Shown here piece after piece: positions 56,526-64,000 of a DNA stretch of 64,000 bases (position 1 is its first letter; each line of letters begins with the position of its first letter). Under the pieces are notes generated by a model, which saw only the letters and a program-made list of their open reading frames with translations, was not told where the DNA came from and did no database searches. This DNA is from Thermoplasmata archaeon (lineage in GTDB: Archaea; Thermoplasmatota; Thermoplasmata; Lutacidiplasmatales; UBA184): the NCBI GenBank assembly GCA_022749845.1, contig JAKIWX010000001.1:12387-76386 (forward strand), given 5' to 3'. The translations under genes were made by a program, and so were the position numbers.

Positions 56526-57746
56526 CTACTCCTCCACGATCCCGTAGCCGATGAGCCGCCAGGCGTTCATCCTACGGGAGATGGCGACGCGGGTCCCGGG
56601 GAAAACGGTGACGGGACGCCCGAGCGCGAGCTCGATCTCGTCCCCCCGGGCGCTCGTGACCTTGCCCGGAGCGATCGTGGTCCCCACGGTGAGCGCGAGG
56701 ATCTCGCTCGTCCGGACCTTTTCCACCTTGACCTCCTTCTGGACGCCCACGACCCGGTCGAGAAGCGTCGTCTTCACCCGGATCTTCTGCGTGACGGGCG
56801 GGAGCGTTCCCGGTGTTCCCACGAGGCGCCCGTTGAGTCCGTCGGCCTTGGTGAGCGAAGGATCGAGGGTCGTGCCGATCGCCGCGAGGCCCCCCGGCTT
56901 CAGCTCGTCGAGCTCGATCCCCCCGCTCACGAGCCCGGTGATCTTCGTACGGAGCGACTCGGCGGAGGCGCCCCCCGTGAGGCCGGGCCGGATCTCGATC
57001 TCCTCTCCGATCTTGAGGCGGCCCTGGAGGAGCGAGCCGCCCAGGATGCCGCCGCGCAACGCCTTCGGGCGCGTGCCGGGACGGTTGATGTCGAAGGAGC
57101 GTGCGACGTACATGAGCGGCGGCTTCGTCGCGTCCCGCGTCGGGGTGGGGATCGTCTCCTGCATCGCCCCGATGAGGGCGTCGATATTCACGCGATGGTT
57201 CGCGGAGATCGGGACGATCGGTGCCTTCTCGATCGGCGTCCCCTTCAGGAACTCGACGATCTCGCGCTGGTTCTCCTCCGCCTGGGCGTCGGTGAGGAGG
57301 TCGATCTTGTTCTGGACCACGACCACCTTCCGGACGCCGATGATGTCGAGCGCGTAGAGGTGCTCCCGGGTCTGCGGCTGGGGGCAGTGCTCGTTCGCGG
57401 CGACCAGGAGGAGCGCCCCGTCCATCAGCGCCGCACCGCTCAGCATCGTCTCCATCAGGGTCTCGTGCCCGGGGGCGTCGACGAAGCTCACCGCGCGGAG
57501 GAACTCCGCCTTTCCGCCGTCGTCCGGACAGGTGGTGTCGGTGCGGAAGCAGGCCGGCGCCTCGAGCTTGGGGCAGCGGTAGAATGCGGCGTCGGCGTAG
57601 CCGAGCTTGATCGAGATGCCCCGGCGCAGCTCCTCCGAGTGACGGTCGGTCCACTCCCCGGTGAGCGCCTGGGTGAGCGTCGTCTTGCCGTGGTCTACGT
57701 GGCCGACGAGGCCGATGTTAACTTCCGGTTGACGGGGCGCCTTCAT
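56526..57746 (-). CDS. eif2g: translation initiation factor aIF2 gamma subunit
   Basis: QPEVNIGLVGHVDHGKTT, RGISIKLGY, DAPGHE, NKID, WRLIGYG. Confidence 0.97.
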   Translation of the reverse strand: MKAPRQPEVNIGLVGHVDHGKTTLTQALTGEWTDRHSEELRRGISIKLGYADAAFYRCPKLEAPACFRTDTTCPDDGGKAEFLRAVSFVDAPGHETLMETMLSGAALMDGALLLVAANEHCPQPQTREHLYALDIIGVRKVVVVQNKIDLLTDAQAEENQREIVEFLKGTPIEKAPIVPISANHRVNIDALIGAMQETIPTPTRDATKPPLMYVARSFDINRPGTRPKALRGGILGGSLLQGRLKIGEEIEIRPGLTGGASAESLRTKITGLVSGGIELDELKPGGLAAIGTTLDPSLTKADGLNGRLVGTPGTLPPVTQKIRVKTTLLDRVVGVQKEVKVEKVRTSEILALTVGTTIAPGKVTSARGDEIELALGRPVTVFPGTRVAISRRMNAWRLIGYGIVEE

Positions 57747-58120
57747 TGCGGTCGAAGGAGCTCCGCGAGGGGCTGCGTGCCCGAGCTCTCGACCGTGAGG
57801 TTGATTTGGACCGTCTCCTCGCTGATCGCCCCGCCGCGGAAGGTGCGCCGTCGGCGCATCCCGTGCCTCGGGGCGTGAAACCCGAATCCATCCTCCACGT
57901 AGAGCCGGACCTGCCGGCTCCCCGGGAGGTCCCCCCGAAGCGGGAAGCCGCTGCGGTCCGTTCCGCCCCGTATCTTGAGGGTGTAGCCCGGAAGGCCGAG
58001 GAGGTCCCCCCCGATGCTCTCGCCGATCCTCTTGCCAAGGAATCCCGCGGCGCTCGGTTCCCCGACCGTCTTGGGATACGATTGTTTACCGTCGGAAACG
58101 ACGAGCTTGAACTCGACCAT
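57743..58120 (-). CDS. rps6e: 30S ribosomal protein S6e
   Basis: FKLVVSD, GKRIGE, IRGGTDRSGFP, RRRRTFRG, QINL. Confidence 0.95.
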   Translation of the reverse strand: MVEFKLVVSDGKQSYPKTVGEPSAAGFLGKRIGESIGGDLLGLPGYTLKIRGGTDRSGFPLRGDLPGSRQVRLYVEDGFGFHAPRHGMRRRRTFRGGAISEETVQINLTVESSGTQPLAELLRPQ

Positions 58121-58217
58121 GCGGCGATGCGGCGCGGCCAGTTTGGGTCAGGTTAAATAGATAGCGCCGGGCTTTCTCCGACGGTCGGGCGGGGCGATTC
58201 CAACGGAGCTCGCGGGC

Positions 58218-59102
58218 GTGATCGGGCCCGTTGTCCTCCTCGCCGGACTGCTGTACGCCGCGGTCGAGGACTGGCGGACGCGGGAGGTCTCGGACCGGCT
58301 CTGGATACTCCTGGCGGGGATTGGCGCGGTCGCGGGATTCGTGCTTTGGAGTCCCCAGACCGCCCTCGGCGGAGTCACGTGGGCCCTCCTCTCGGTGCTC
58401 GTCCTCGAGCATGTGCTGCCGTGGGACACGTGGGCGGAACGCCAACGCCCGTGGCTCCCCGGCGCGGTCGAGCTCGCGATCTACGTCGGCGTAGGTGCTG
58501 CCGTGCTTGGCGCTGCGTGGCGCTACGGCGTTGGCCCTTCCGGAGTGAGCGTCGCCGAGATCGCCGTGCTCGTCTCCGTCTGGTCCGCGCGCGGACTCTT
58601 CGAGCTCGGCGTCCTCTACGGGGGGGCGGACGCGAAGGCGCTCATCGCGTGCGCGATCCTCGTCCCGATCCTGGCCAACCCGCTCCTCTCGGTTCCGGAG
58701 AACGCGAGGGGGGCGCTCGGTTTCACGCCGTTCGCGATCATCGTTCTCCTCGACGGAGCACTGTTCTCGGTCGCGATCCCGCTCGCGATCGCGATCAAGA
58801 ACCTGGCGTCCGGGGATTTCGAGTTCCCACGGGGTTTCACGGGTTACCTCATTCCGGTCGACGAGCTGCCCCGCAGATTCGTCTGGCTCAAGGACCCGTG
58901 GCTTCACGGGGAAGAGGAGGGGGTAGAGAGCACGGAGGAGGACATCGCGTTGCGCCGTCGCCAGGCCGCCGCGCTGAAATCCCAAGGGGCGACGGAGGTC
59001 TGGGTGACACCGCAGGTGCCGTTCCTCATCCTGTTGTTCGCGGGCGCTGTGGCCGGGACGCTCGCGGGGAACTTGCTGTTCGACCTCCTTGCCCTCCTCT
59101 GA
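58218..59102 (+). CDS. A24 prepilin/preflagellin peptidase (PibD/FlaK-type)
   Basis: [10 protein letters not shown] (Asp1), GGADAKALI (GxGD-like Asp2), [10 protein letters not shown]-terminal motif. Confidence 0.87.
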   Translation: MIGPVVLLAGLLYAAVEDWRTREVSDRLWILLAGIGAVAGFVLWSPQTALGGVTWALLSVLVLEHVLPWDTWAERQRPWLPGAVELAIYVGVGAAVLGAAWRYGVGPSGVSVAEIAVLVSVWSARGLFELGVLYGGADAKALIACAILVPILANPLLSVPENARGALGFTPFAIIVLLDGALFSVAIPLAIAIKNLASGDFEFPRGFTGYLIPVDELPRRFVWLKDPWLHGEEEGVESTEEDIALRRRQAAALKSQGATEVWVTPQVPFLILLFAGAVAGTLAGNLLFDLLALL

Positions 59103-59148
59103 GCGAAGGAAACCTTTTCCCCGAGGCCCCGCTCGCGCGGGGTACGCT

Positions 59149-59565
59149 ATGGCCCGAGAGTCGCGTCGGCCCCCGATCCGCGTGCTCATCGCCAAGCCCG
59201 GGCTCGACGGCCACGACCGCGGCGCCAAGATCGTCGCGCGCGCGCTGCGCGATGCCGGAATGGAGGTCATCTACGCCGGCCTCAGGCAAACTCCCGAGGA
59301 GATCGTCGAGAGCGCCCTCGAGGAGGACGTCGACCTGATCGGGCTTTCGATCCTGAGCGGAGCGCACATGGTGCTCTTCCCCCGCGTCCTCAACCTGCTT
59401 CGTTCGAGGAAGGCTGCCCGGATCCCGCTGTTCGCGGGCGGGATCATTCCCGACGAAGACGCCCGGAAGCTGCGCAAGCTCGGGGTGAAGGCGATCTTCG
59501 GACCTGGCGCCTCGCTCGAGGAGATCGTGCGGACCGCCCGGTCGATCGCCCGACCCCGCACATGA
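59149..59565 (+). CDS. methylmalonyl-CoA mutase small (B12-binding) subunit
   Basis: [10 protein letters not shown] (DxHxxG), SILSGAH, GGIIP, IFGPG. Confidence 0.93.
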   Translation: MARESRRPPIRVLIAKPGLDGHDRGAKIVARALRDAGMEVIYAGLRQTPEEIVESALEEDVDLIGLSILSGAHMVLFPRVLNLLRSRKAARIPLFAGGIIPDEDARKLRKLGVKAIFGPGASLEEIVRTARSIARPRT

Positions 59566-60539
59566 GGCGGCGCCCCCCCGTGCCCGCCGCGGCGCGGGCG
59601 ATCCTCGCGAGGGATCGGCTCGCGCTCGCCCGCCTCATCACGAAGGTGGAGAACCGGGACCACGGCGTTGCCCCCGTACTGCAGGCACTCTACCCGCACA
59701 CGGGCCGCGCGGCCGTTATCGGGCTCACCGGTCCGCTCGGCGTGGGCAAGTCCTCCCTCGTGAATTCCCTCCTGCAACTTCTTCGAAAGGCGGGGAAGCG
59801 GGTGGGCGTGATCGGCGTCGACCCCTCGAGCCCGTTCTCGGGGGGCTCGGTGCTTGGGGACCGAATCAGGATCGACCGGGATCCCGCGGACACCGGCATC
59901 TTCTTCCGGTCGATGGCGAGCCGCGGTCACCCGGGCGGGCTCGCGGCGGCGACCCGGGAGGTTGTGCGATTGCTCGATGCGTTCGGCATGGAGGTGGTCC
60001 TGCTCGAGACCGCCGGGACCGGGCAGGTCGACGTGGAGATCGGCGCCGTTGCCTCGACGAACGTCGTGGTGCTCGTCCCCCACCTCGGCGACGAGGTGCA
60101 GAGCCTCAAGGCGGGGCTCTTCGAGATCGCCGACGTATTCTGTGTGAACAAGTGCGACCTTCCCGGGGCGGACGGTGCGGCGCGGTACCTCGCCGAGCTC
60201 GTCGGACTCACTCCCCGCTCGGACGCCTGGCGTCCCCGGGTCGTCCAGGCGTCGACGGTCCTGGGCACCGGCATCGACGAGCTCTGGGCAGCCGTCGAGG
60301 CGCACGAGGCGTACCTGCGCACCAGCGGCTCCTTCGAAAAGGGAAACCGCACCCGGCTCGAAGCGGAGGTGCTCGAATTGTACCGCGAGCGCATCCTGGC
60401 GGGCGCCGTCGCGCAGGTCGAAGGGAGCCCCGAGCTCCGCCGCTTGCTGGACGAGGTCGAGGCCCGGCGGCTCGACCCCCGGGCCGCGGCGGACTCGCTC
60501 TACGAACGCAACCACGCGAGGCGTCGCCCGCGGTCATGA
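59562..60539 (+). CDS. meaB: MCM-associated GTPase MeaB
   Basis: [49 protein letters not shown]. Confidence 0.92.
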   Translation: MRRRPPVPAAARAILARDRLALARLITKVENRDHGVAPVLQALYPHTGRAAVIGLTGPLGVGKSSLVNSLLQLLRKAGKRVGVIGVDPSSPFSGGSVLGDRIRIDRDPADTGIFFRSMASRGHPGGLAAATREVVRLLDAFGMEVVLLETAGTGQVDVEIGAVASTNVVVLVPHLGDEVQSLKAGLFEIADVFCVNKCDLPGADGAARYLAELVGLTPRSDAWRPRVVQASTVLGTGIDELWAAVEAHEAYLRTSGSFEKGNRTRLEAEVLELYRERILAGAVAQVEGSPELRRLLDEVEARRLDPRAAADSLYERNHARRRPRS

Positions 60540-61096
60540 TCCTCCCGTTCTGGGTCCTCTACACCTTCCTCGGCGGAATCGTCGTCATTTCCTACTTCCT
60601 CTACGCCTCCTTCGCCTTCGGCGCCGGCTACCAGCCCGCCCCCCGAGCGGTCGTGGAGCGGATGCTCGGGGATGCTGCGGTCGGCCCCGAGGATACCCTA
60701 TTCGACCTCGGGGCGGGCACGGGCGCCATCATCTTTCGCGCCGCGCGGGAGCGCGGAGCCCGGGTCGTCGGAGTCGAGGTGGAGCCGGTGCGTGTGCTCA
60801 TCTTGCGCCTGCGGCGATGGGCGGGGGGACCGCGCGACCGGGTCCGAATCCAGTGGGGGAATCTGTACGGGACCGACTTTCGGCGAGCCACAGTGGTCGC
60901 CGTGTTCCTTTGGCCCGAGGCGATGGAGCGGCTCCGCCCTCTCCTCGAGACGCAGTTGGGAGCCGGCAGCCGGGTGGTGAGCCACTGGCATCCAATCGTC
61001 GGGTGGACGCCGGCCTCGGTGGACGCCCGCACCCGAGTCTATCTCTACCGATGGCCCGACGCTGGGCCAAGCGCCGCCCGCCCGACGGCGTCCTAA
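60536..61096 (+). CDS. membrane-anchored class I SAM-dependent methyltransferase
   Basis: N-terminal TM, GYQP, FDLGAGTG, GVE, RVVSH. Confidence 0.83.
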   Translation: MILPFWVLYTFLGGIVVISYFLYASFAFGAGYQPAPRAVVERMLGDAAVGPEDTLFDLGAGTGAIIFRAARERGARVVGVEVEPVRVLILRLRRWAGGPRDRVRIQWGNLYGTDFRRATVVAVFLWPEAMERLRPLLETQLGAGSRVVSHWHPIVGWTPASVDARTRVYLYRWPDAGPSAARPTAS

Positions 61097-61230
61097 CCGT
61101 GGTAGAGGAACCAGAGCGCGAGCCCGACCGCAAGTACGGCCAGGATCACACCGACCCCGATCCCCCAACCCCGGTAGCTTCCCTCTTCCGTGTCGGCAGC
61201 CCGAGGAGTCGAGGTGGCGGTGAGCGTCAT
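61093..61230 (-). CDS. small single-TM protein (45 aa)
   Basis: MTLTAT…GWGIGVGVILAVLAVGLALWFLYHG; starts 2 nt after the cupredoxin stop. Confidence 0.55.
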   Translation of the reverse strand: MTLTATSTPRAADTEEGSYRGWGIGVGVILAVLAVGLALWFLYHG

Positions 61231-61231
61231 T

Positions 61232-61930
61232 TCAGATCTCGGGGGCCGAACGGACTTCGGCCATATATCGACCTCCGACGCTAGCCGTCGGTTGAGTAGT
61301 CGCCGTTCTCCAGGAAGCTCCCGAGGCGGCTGCAAACGAGAGGGCGGCGTGACCAGAAAGTGCGCTCGTGGACGTCACGTTGAACCACCCCATCATTCCG
61401 AGCGTAGAATGGTCGTCCACTTCGCAGACGTAGCGGAAGAGACCAACGGTCGTCGCGTTGAAGCTGAAGTTCTTCACGGTGCCCGGGGGCAGCCCGGTGA
61501 ATCGGGTCGGACCGGTGAGACCGGCGCCGGGGAACACGGGGGAGGCGTTGGTGGGTCCCGTGCCCGGAATGAGGTCCCAGCTGTGGTTCGATCCCGCGGC
61601 GGGGTCGACCCGGAGCGTCACCTCCACGGAGCTTCCCACCCCGACCTTGAGGCAAGGACCCGGGTTCGTGCCGTTGTAGTTCGTATCCCCCCGTTCCCCC
61701 GCGATGAGCACGAAGTGGTAGGTGCCGGTGACGTTCCGCCCTTCGCACGTGGGGGAGCCGCCCCCGTGTCCCGGGTACGTGCCGGGGATCGACCCGCCGA
61801 GCAGGTTGGCGCTCCCGAGATACCCAACGCCGACGGCGAGCAGCGTCCCGACGACAAACAGGAGCACCACGAGCCGTGTTGGGTCCGCCCCCAACCCGGA
61901 TTCGGCTCCGGGGGCCGCGTGGGGCTCCAT
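61232..61930 (-). CDS. sulfocyanin/rusticyanin-like type 1 blue copper protein, membrane-anchored
   Basis: N-terminal TM; Cu ligands NHSW (His) and CEVDDHSTLGM (Cys, His, Met). Confidence 0.82.
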   Translation of the reverse strand: MEPHAAPGAESGLGADPTRLVVLLFVVGTLLAVGVGYLGSANLLGGSIPGTYPGHGGGSPTCEGRNVTGTYHFVLIAGERGDTNYNGTNPGPCLKVGVGSSVEVTLRVDPAAGSNHSWDLIPGTGPTNASPVFPGAGLTGPTRFTGLPPGTVKNFSFNATTVGLFRYVCEVDDHSTLGMMGWFNVTSTSALSGHAALSFAAASGASWRTATTQPTASVGGRYMAEVRSAPEI

Positions 61931-62105
61931 ACGGCGGTGCGAAGATGCGGTCGCTTTGAACTTGCCGTACCAACTCTCGCCGACGAGCGGTGCCTCGTGG
62001 AGCCCCAGCCCGTAGCCCGGGCCCGGGGGGTGGGGAACAGCCCTCGGACGCACGAGGGCCCGCTTCCGGAGAATGCTTATGGGCCCGGACGCTCCCGACC
62101 GAGAG

Positions 62106-62846
62106 ATGGCCGAGAATCGAAGGGCCCGGTACATCGCCGAGTACATCGGAACGTTCGGCTTGCTGCTGATCGGGGGGGGCGCCGCGGTGTTCACGCTGCC
62201 CCCTACCGACGGTACCGCCCGCGACCTCGTCGTCTCGTTCGCGTTCGGCGCGGTGCTCCTCGGACTCGCCTACGCCTTCGGTGACCTCTCGGGGGCCCAC
62301 TTCAATCCAGCCGTCACGATCTCCTTCGCCGCCTCCGGCCGGTTCCGCTGGGGGGAAGTTCCCGCCTACCTCGCTGCCCAAGTGCTGGGCGGACTCACGG
62401 GGATCGGCGTAGTGCTCGGGATCGCGAGCGGCGGCGGATCCGCTGCCAACGCGGCGAGCGCGCAGGGGTTCGCCCTCGGCTCGCAGTGCTTTTCGGGGTT
62501 GGGGGCGCCGCCAGGGTGCGCGTACTCGCTCGGGTCCGTGTTCCTCATCGAGGTGGCTCTCGGGTTCAGCTTCATCCTCGTCATCCAGCTCGTCACGCGC
62601 TCCGACAGCTCGGCGAAGAACCTGGCGCCGGTCGCCATCGGCCTGGTGCTGCTCGTGACCAACCTCGTGGCCATCCCGGTCGACGGTGCGTCGCTCAACC
62701 CGGTGCGTTCCTTCTCCCCCGCGCTCCTCTCGGCCGCGGTGTGGCCTTCCGCCCGCTGGGCCCTCTCCGAGAGCTGGCTGTTCTGGATCGCACCCATCTT
62801 CGGGGGGCTACTCGCGTCCCTGGCCGAACGGAGCCTCCGTTCGTAG
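62106..62846 (+). CDS. aquaporin (MIP family)
   Basis: AEYIGTF, SGAHFNPAVT, SLNPVRS, W.FWIAP..GG. Confidence 0.93.
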   Translation: MAENRRARYIAEYIGTFGLLLIGGGAAVFTLPPTDGTARDLVVSFAFGAVLLGLAYAFGDLSGAHFNPAVTISFAASGRFRWGEVPAYLAAQVLGGLTGIGVVLGIASGGGSAANAASAQGFALGSQCFSGLGAPPGCAYSLGSVFLIEVALGFSFILVIQLVTRSDSSAKNLAPVAIGLVLLVTNLVAIPVDGASLNPVRSFSPALLSAAVWPSARWALSESWLFWIAPIFGGLLASLAERSLRS

Positions 62847-62891
62847 CGGGGTCGCCGGAGCTGCCGGCGCCCGCGGGCCCGGGTGCGGGGA

Positions 62892-63755
62892 CTACTCCGT
62901 TCCCGTCGCCGCGGGCGGCGAGGCCGCCTCGGCAACCTCGGCGGGTGTGGGGTGGGCGCGCGCCCCGGTCGTCGCCGCCTTTCCTCCCGAGTGCTTCTCC
63001 TTCGGCTTCGATTCCGGCGGAGCCGCCACGGGCGTTTCGTACTCTTCGACGATCCGGATGACCTTCGGGTGGAGGTGCTCCCGTAGCCGCTCGATGACGC
63101 GGGGCTTCGCCGCGAGCCAGGTGAAGTCGAACTTCGACCGATCGGGGACGTGGAGGACGAGGCTGCCTTCGTGGCTCTCCACCTTGAACTCGCCGCCCCG
63201 GCCGTACACGATCTCCAGGATGGCGTGCGCCTGCTCGGCCGGGGAGGTGATCGGCTCCACGATACGGAACTTCCCCTCGATCTTCCGGCCGGCGAGGGGC
63301 GGATTGAAGTCCACCCGCACCCGCGCTGCCGTCAGGCTCACGACGCGTCCGCGCCGGCCCCGGATCGTGAGAACGGTGCCGATGTCGAGATGGGCGTCGT
63401 CCCGGCGCATCTCGGGCAGCCGCTCGATCTCGTGCATCGAGAACAGCTCGATGAGCTTCGGGTCCCGCTCTCCGAACGCCTCGCCGGGCGGGAACTCGCG
63501 CGTGAACTCCTCCCCCACCTTGGCGCTCGCGACCGCGGCCTCGATACCTGTTGGGAAGTAATCCCCGCCGATCGCGTGGGCGCGGGGACCGAACTTGAAA
63601 CCGTCGGGCGCCTTCCAGTTGGCCGTCGTGGCGACCTCCTCGCGGGTCGTCTCGACGAGCTCCTTCGTTCCGCCCGTGTCGCTCCAGATCTCGAAGTCGA
63701 GCCGGACTAGCTCACCCGCCTCGACCGCCTTCGCGGTGGAGGAGTGCGTCGACAT
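62892..63755 (-). CDS. archaeal long-type FKBP peptidyl-prolyl isomerase (SlyD-like)
   Basis: ELVETT, PGEAFGERD, VRVDFNPPLAGR, C-terminal archaeal extension. Confidence 0.88.
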   Translation of the reverse strand: MSTHSSTAKAVEAGELVRLDFEIWSDTGGTKELVETTREEVATTANWKAPDGFKFGPRAHAIGGDYFPTGIEAAVASAKVGEEFTREFPPGEAFGERDPKLIELFSMHEIERLPEMRRDDAHLDIGTVLTIRGRRGRVVSLTAARVRVDFNPPLAGRKIEGKFRIVEPITSPAEQAHAILEIVYGRGGEFKVESHEGSLVLHVPDRSKFDFTWLAAKPRVIERLREHLHPKVIRIVEEYETPVAAPPESKPKEKHSGGKAATTGARAHPTPAEVAEAASPPAATGTE

Positions 63756-63815
63756 GTCGGCGCCGACACGCCTCCCTCTAAAAGCCTTGGGGGGAGCCGT
63801 CCCGTCGAGGGCAGC

Positions 63816-63998
63816 TCACCGACGACCCGCGTGTGCCCGACCGCTCCAGCCGTAGTGGCGCCAGCCCTGGAAGGCCCCCCATACGGTCGCCCAGCGACGC
63901 GGGATTTCCAGGATGCGCCAGCGCAGCCCCGGGTACTTTCGGTCCCAACGCACGCCGGAGACGGTAAGGGCGAGCGCGAGACCCCCGAGGAGGAGAGC
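63816..63998 (-). CDS. 3' end of a membrane protein truncated by window edge (possibly a GT2 glycosyltransferase tail)
   Basis: Open frame ALLLGGLALALTVSGVRWDRKYPG…GAFQGWRHYG…RR*; product is a guess. Confidence 0.45.
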   Translation of the reverse strand, partial: ALLLGGLALALTVSGVRWDRKYPGLRWRILEIPRRWATVWGAFQGWRHYGWSGRAHAGRR

Positions 63999-64000
63999 CC

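Noticed and set aside
1-64000. Stop-codon recoding (Pyl/Sec) given the frequent TAG stops
   Set aside because: Recognised proteins end at their expected C-termini, and I saw no gene split by an in-frame stop.

Overview
GC-rich archaeal chromosomal segment, most consistent with an uncultured Thermoplasmata-type euryarchaeon. The archaeal assignment rests on TFB, aIF2-gamma, eS6, uS2, SRP54, Pth2, PurP, phosphopantothenate synthetase, Trm112, class III pilins and a PibD/FlaK-type peptidase; the finer taxonomy is inference. The window is gene-dense and mostly housekeeping or metabolic. It holds an Opp/Dpp-type ABC system with two very large, Cys-rich PKD-fused binding proteins, pheST-mcm-mce-eno-rps2, purP, nadB, prs, an acyl-CoA dehydrogenase, rps6e-eif2g-trm112, the MCM small subunit with meaB, surface proteins, tandem pilins, a sulfocyanin-like protein, an aquaporin and an FKBP. 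I saw no CRISPR array, transposase, integrase or rRNA. Most long alternative-frame ORFs in the track are GC shadow ORFs. The most notable items are: (1) a tRNA-Ser(GGA) with a 33-nt BHB-type intron in the T-loop (59/60); (2) a CRISPR-less tandem Cas4-like gene with one intact and one degenerate domain; (3) a PKD-SBP with a class III (pilin-like) signal peptide and an Opp system with large ATPase insertions; (4) two ACT-protein paralogs flanking an opposite-strand double zinc-finger gene; (5) a TrmB-V4R regulator convergent with a MEDS-domain gene. All calls come from motif recognition by eye; no searches were run.
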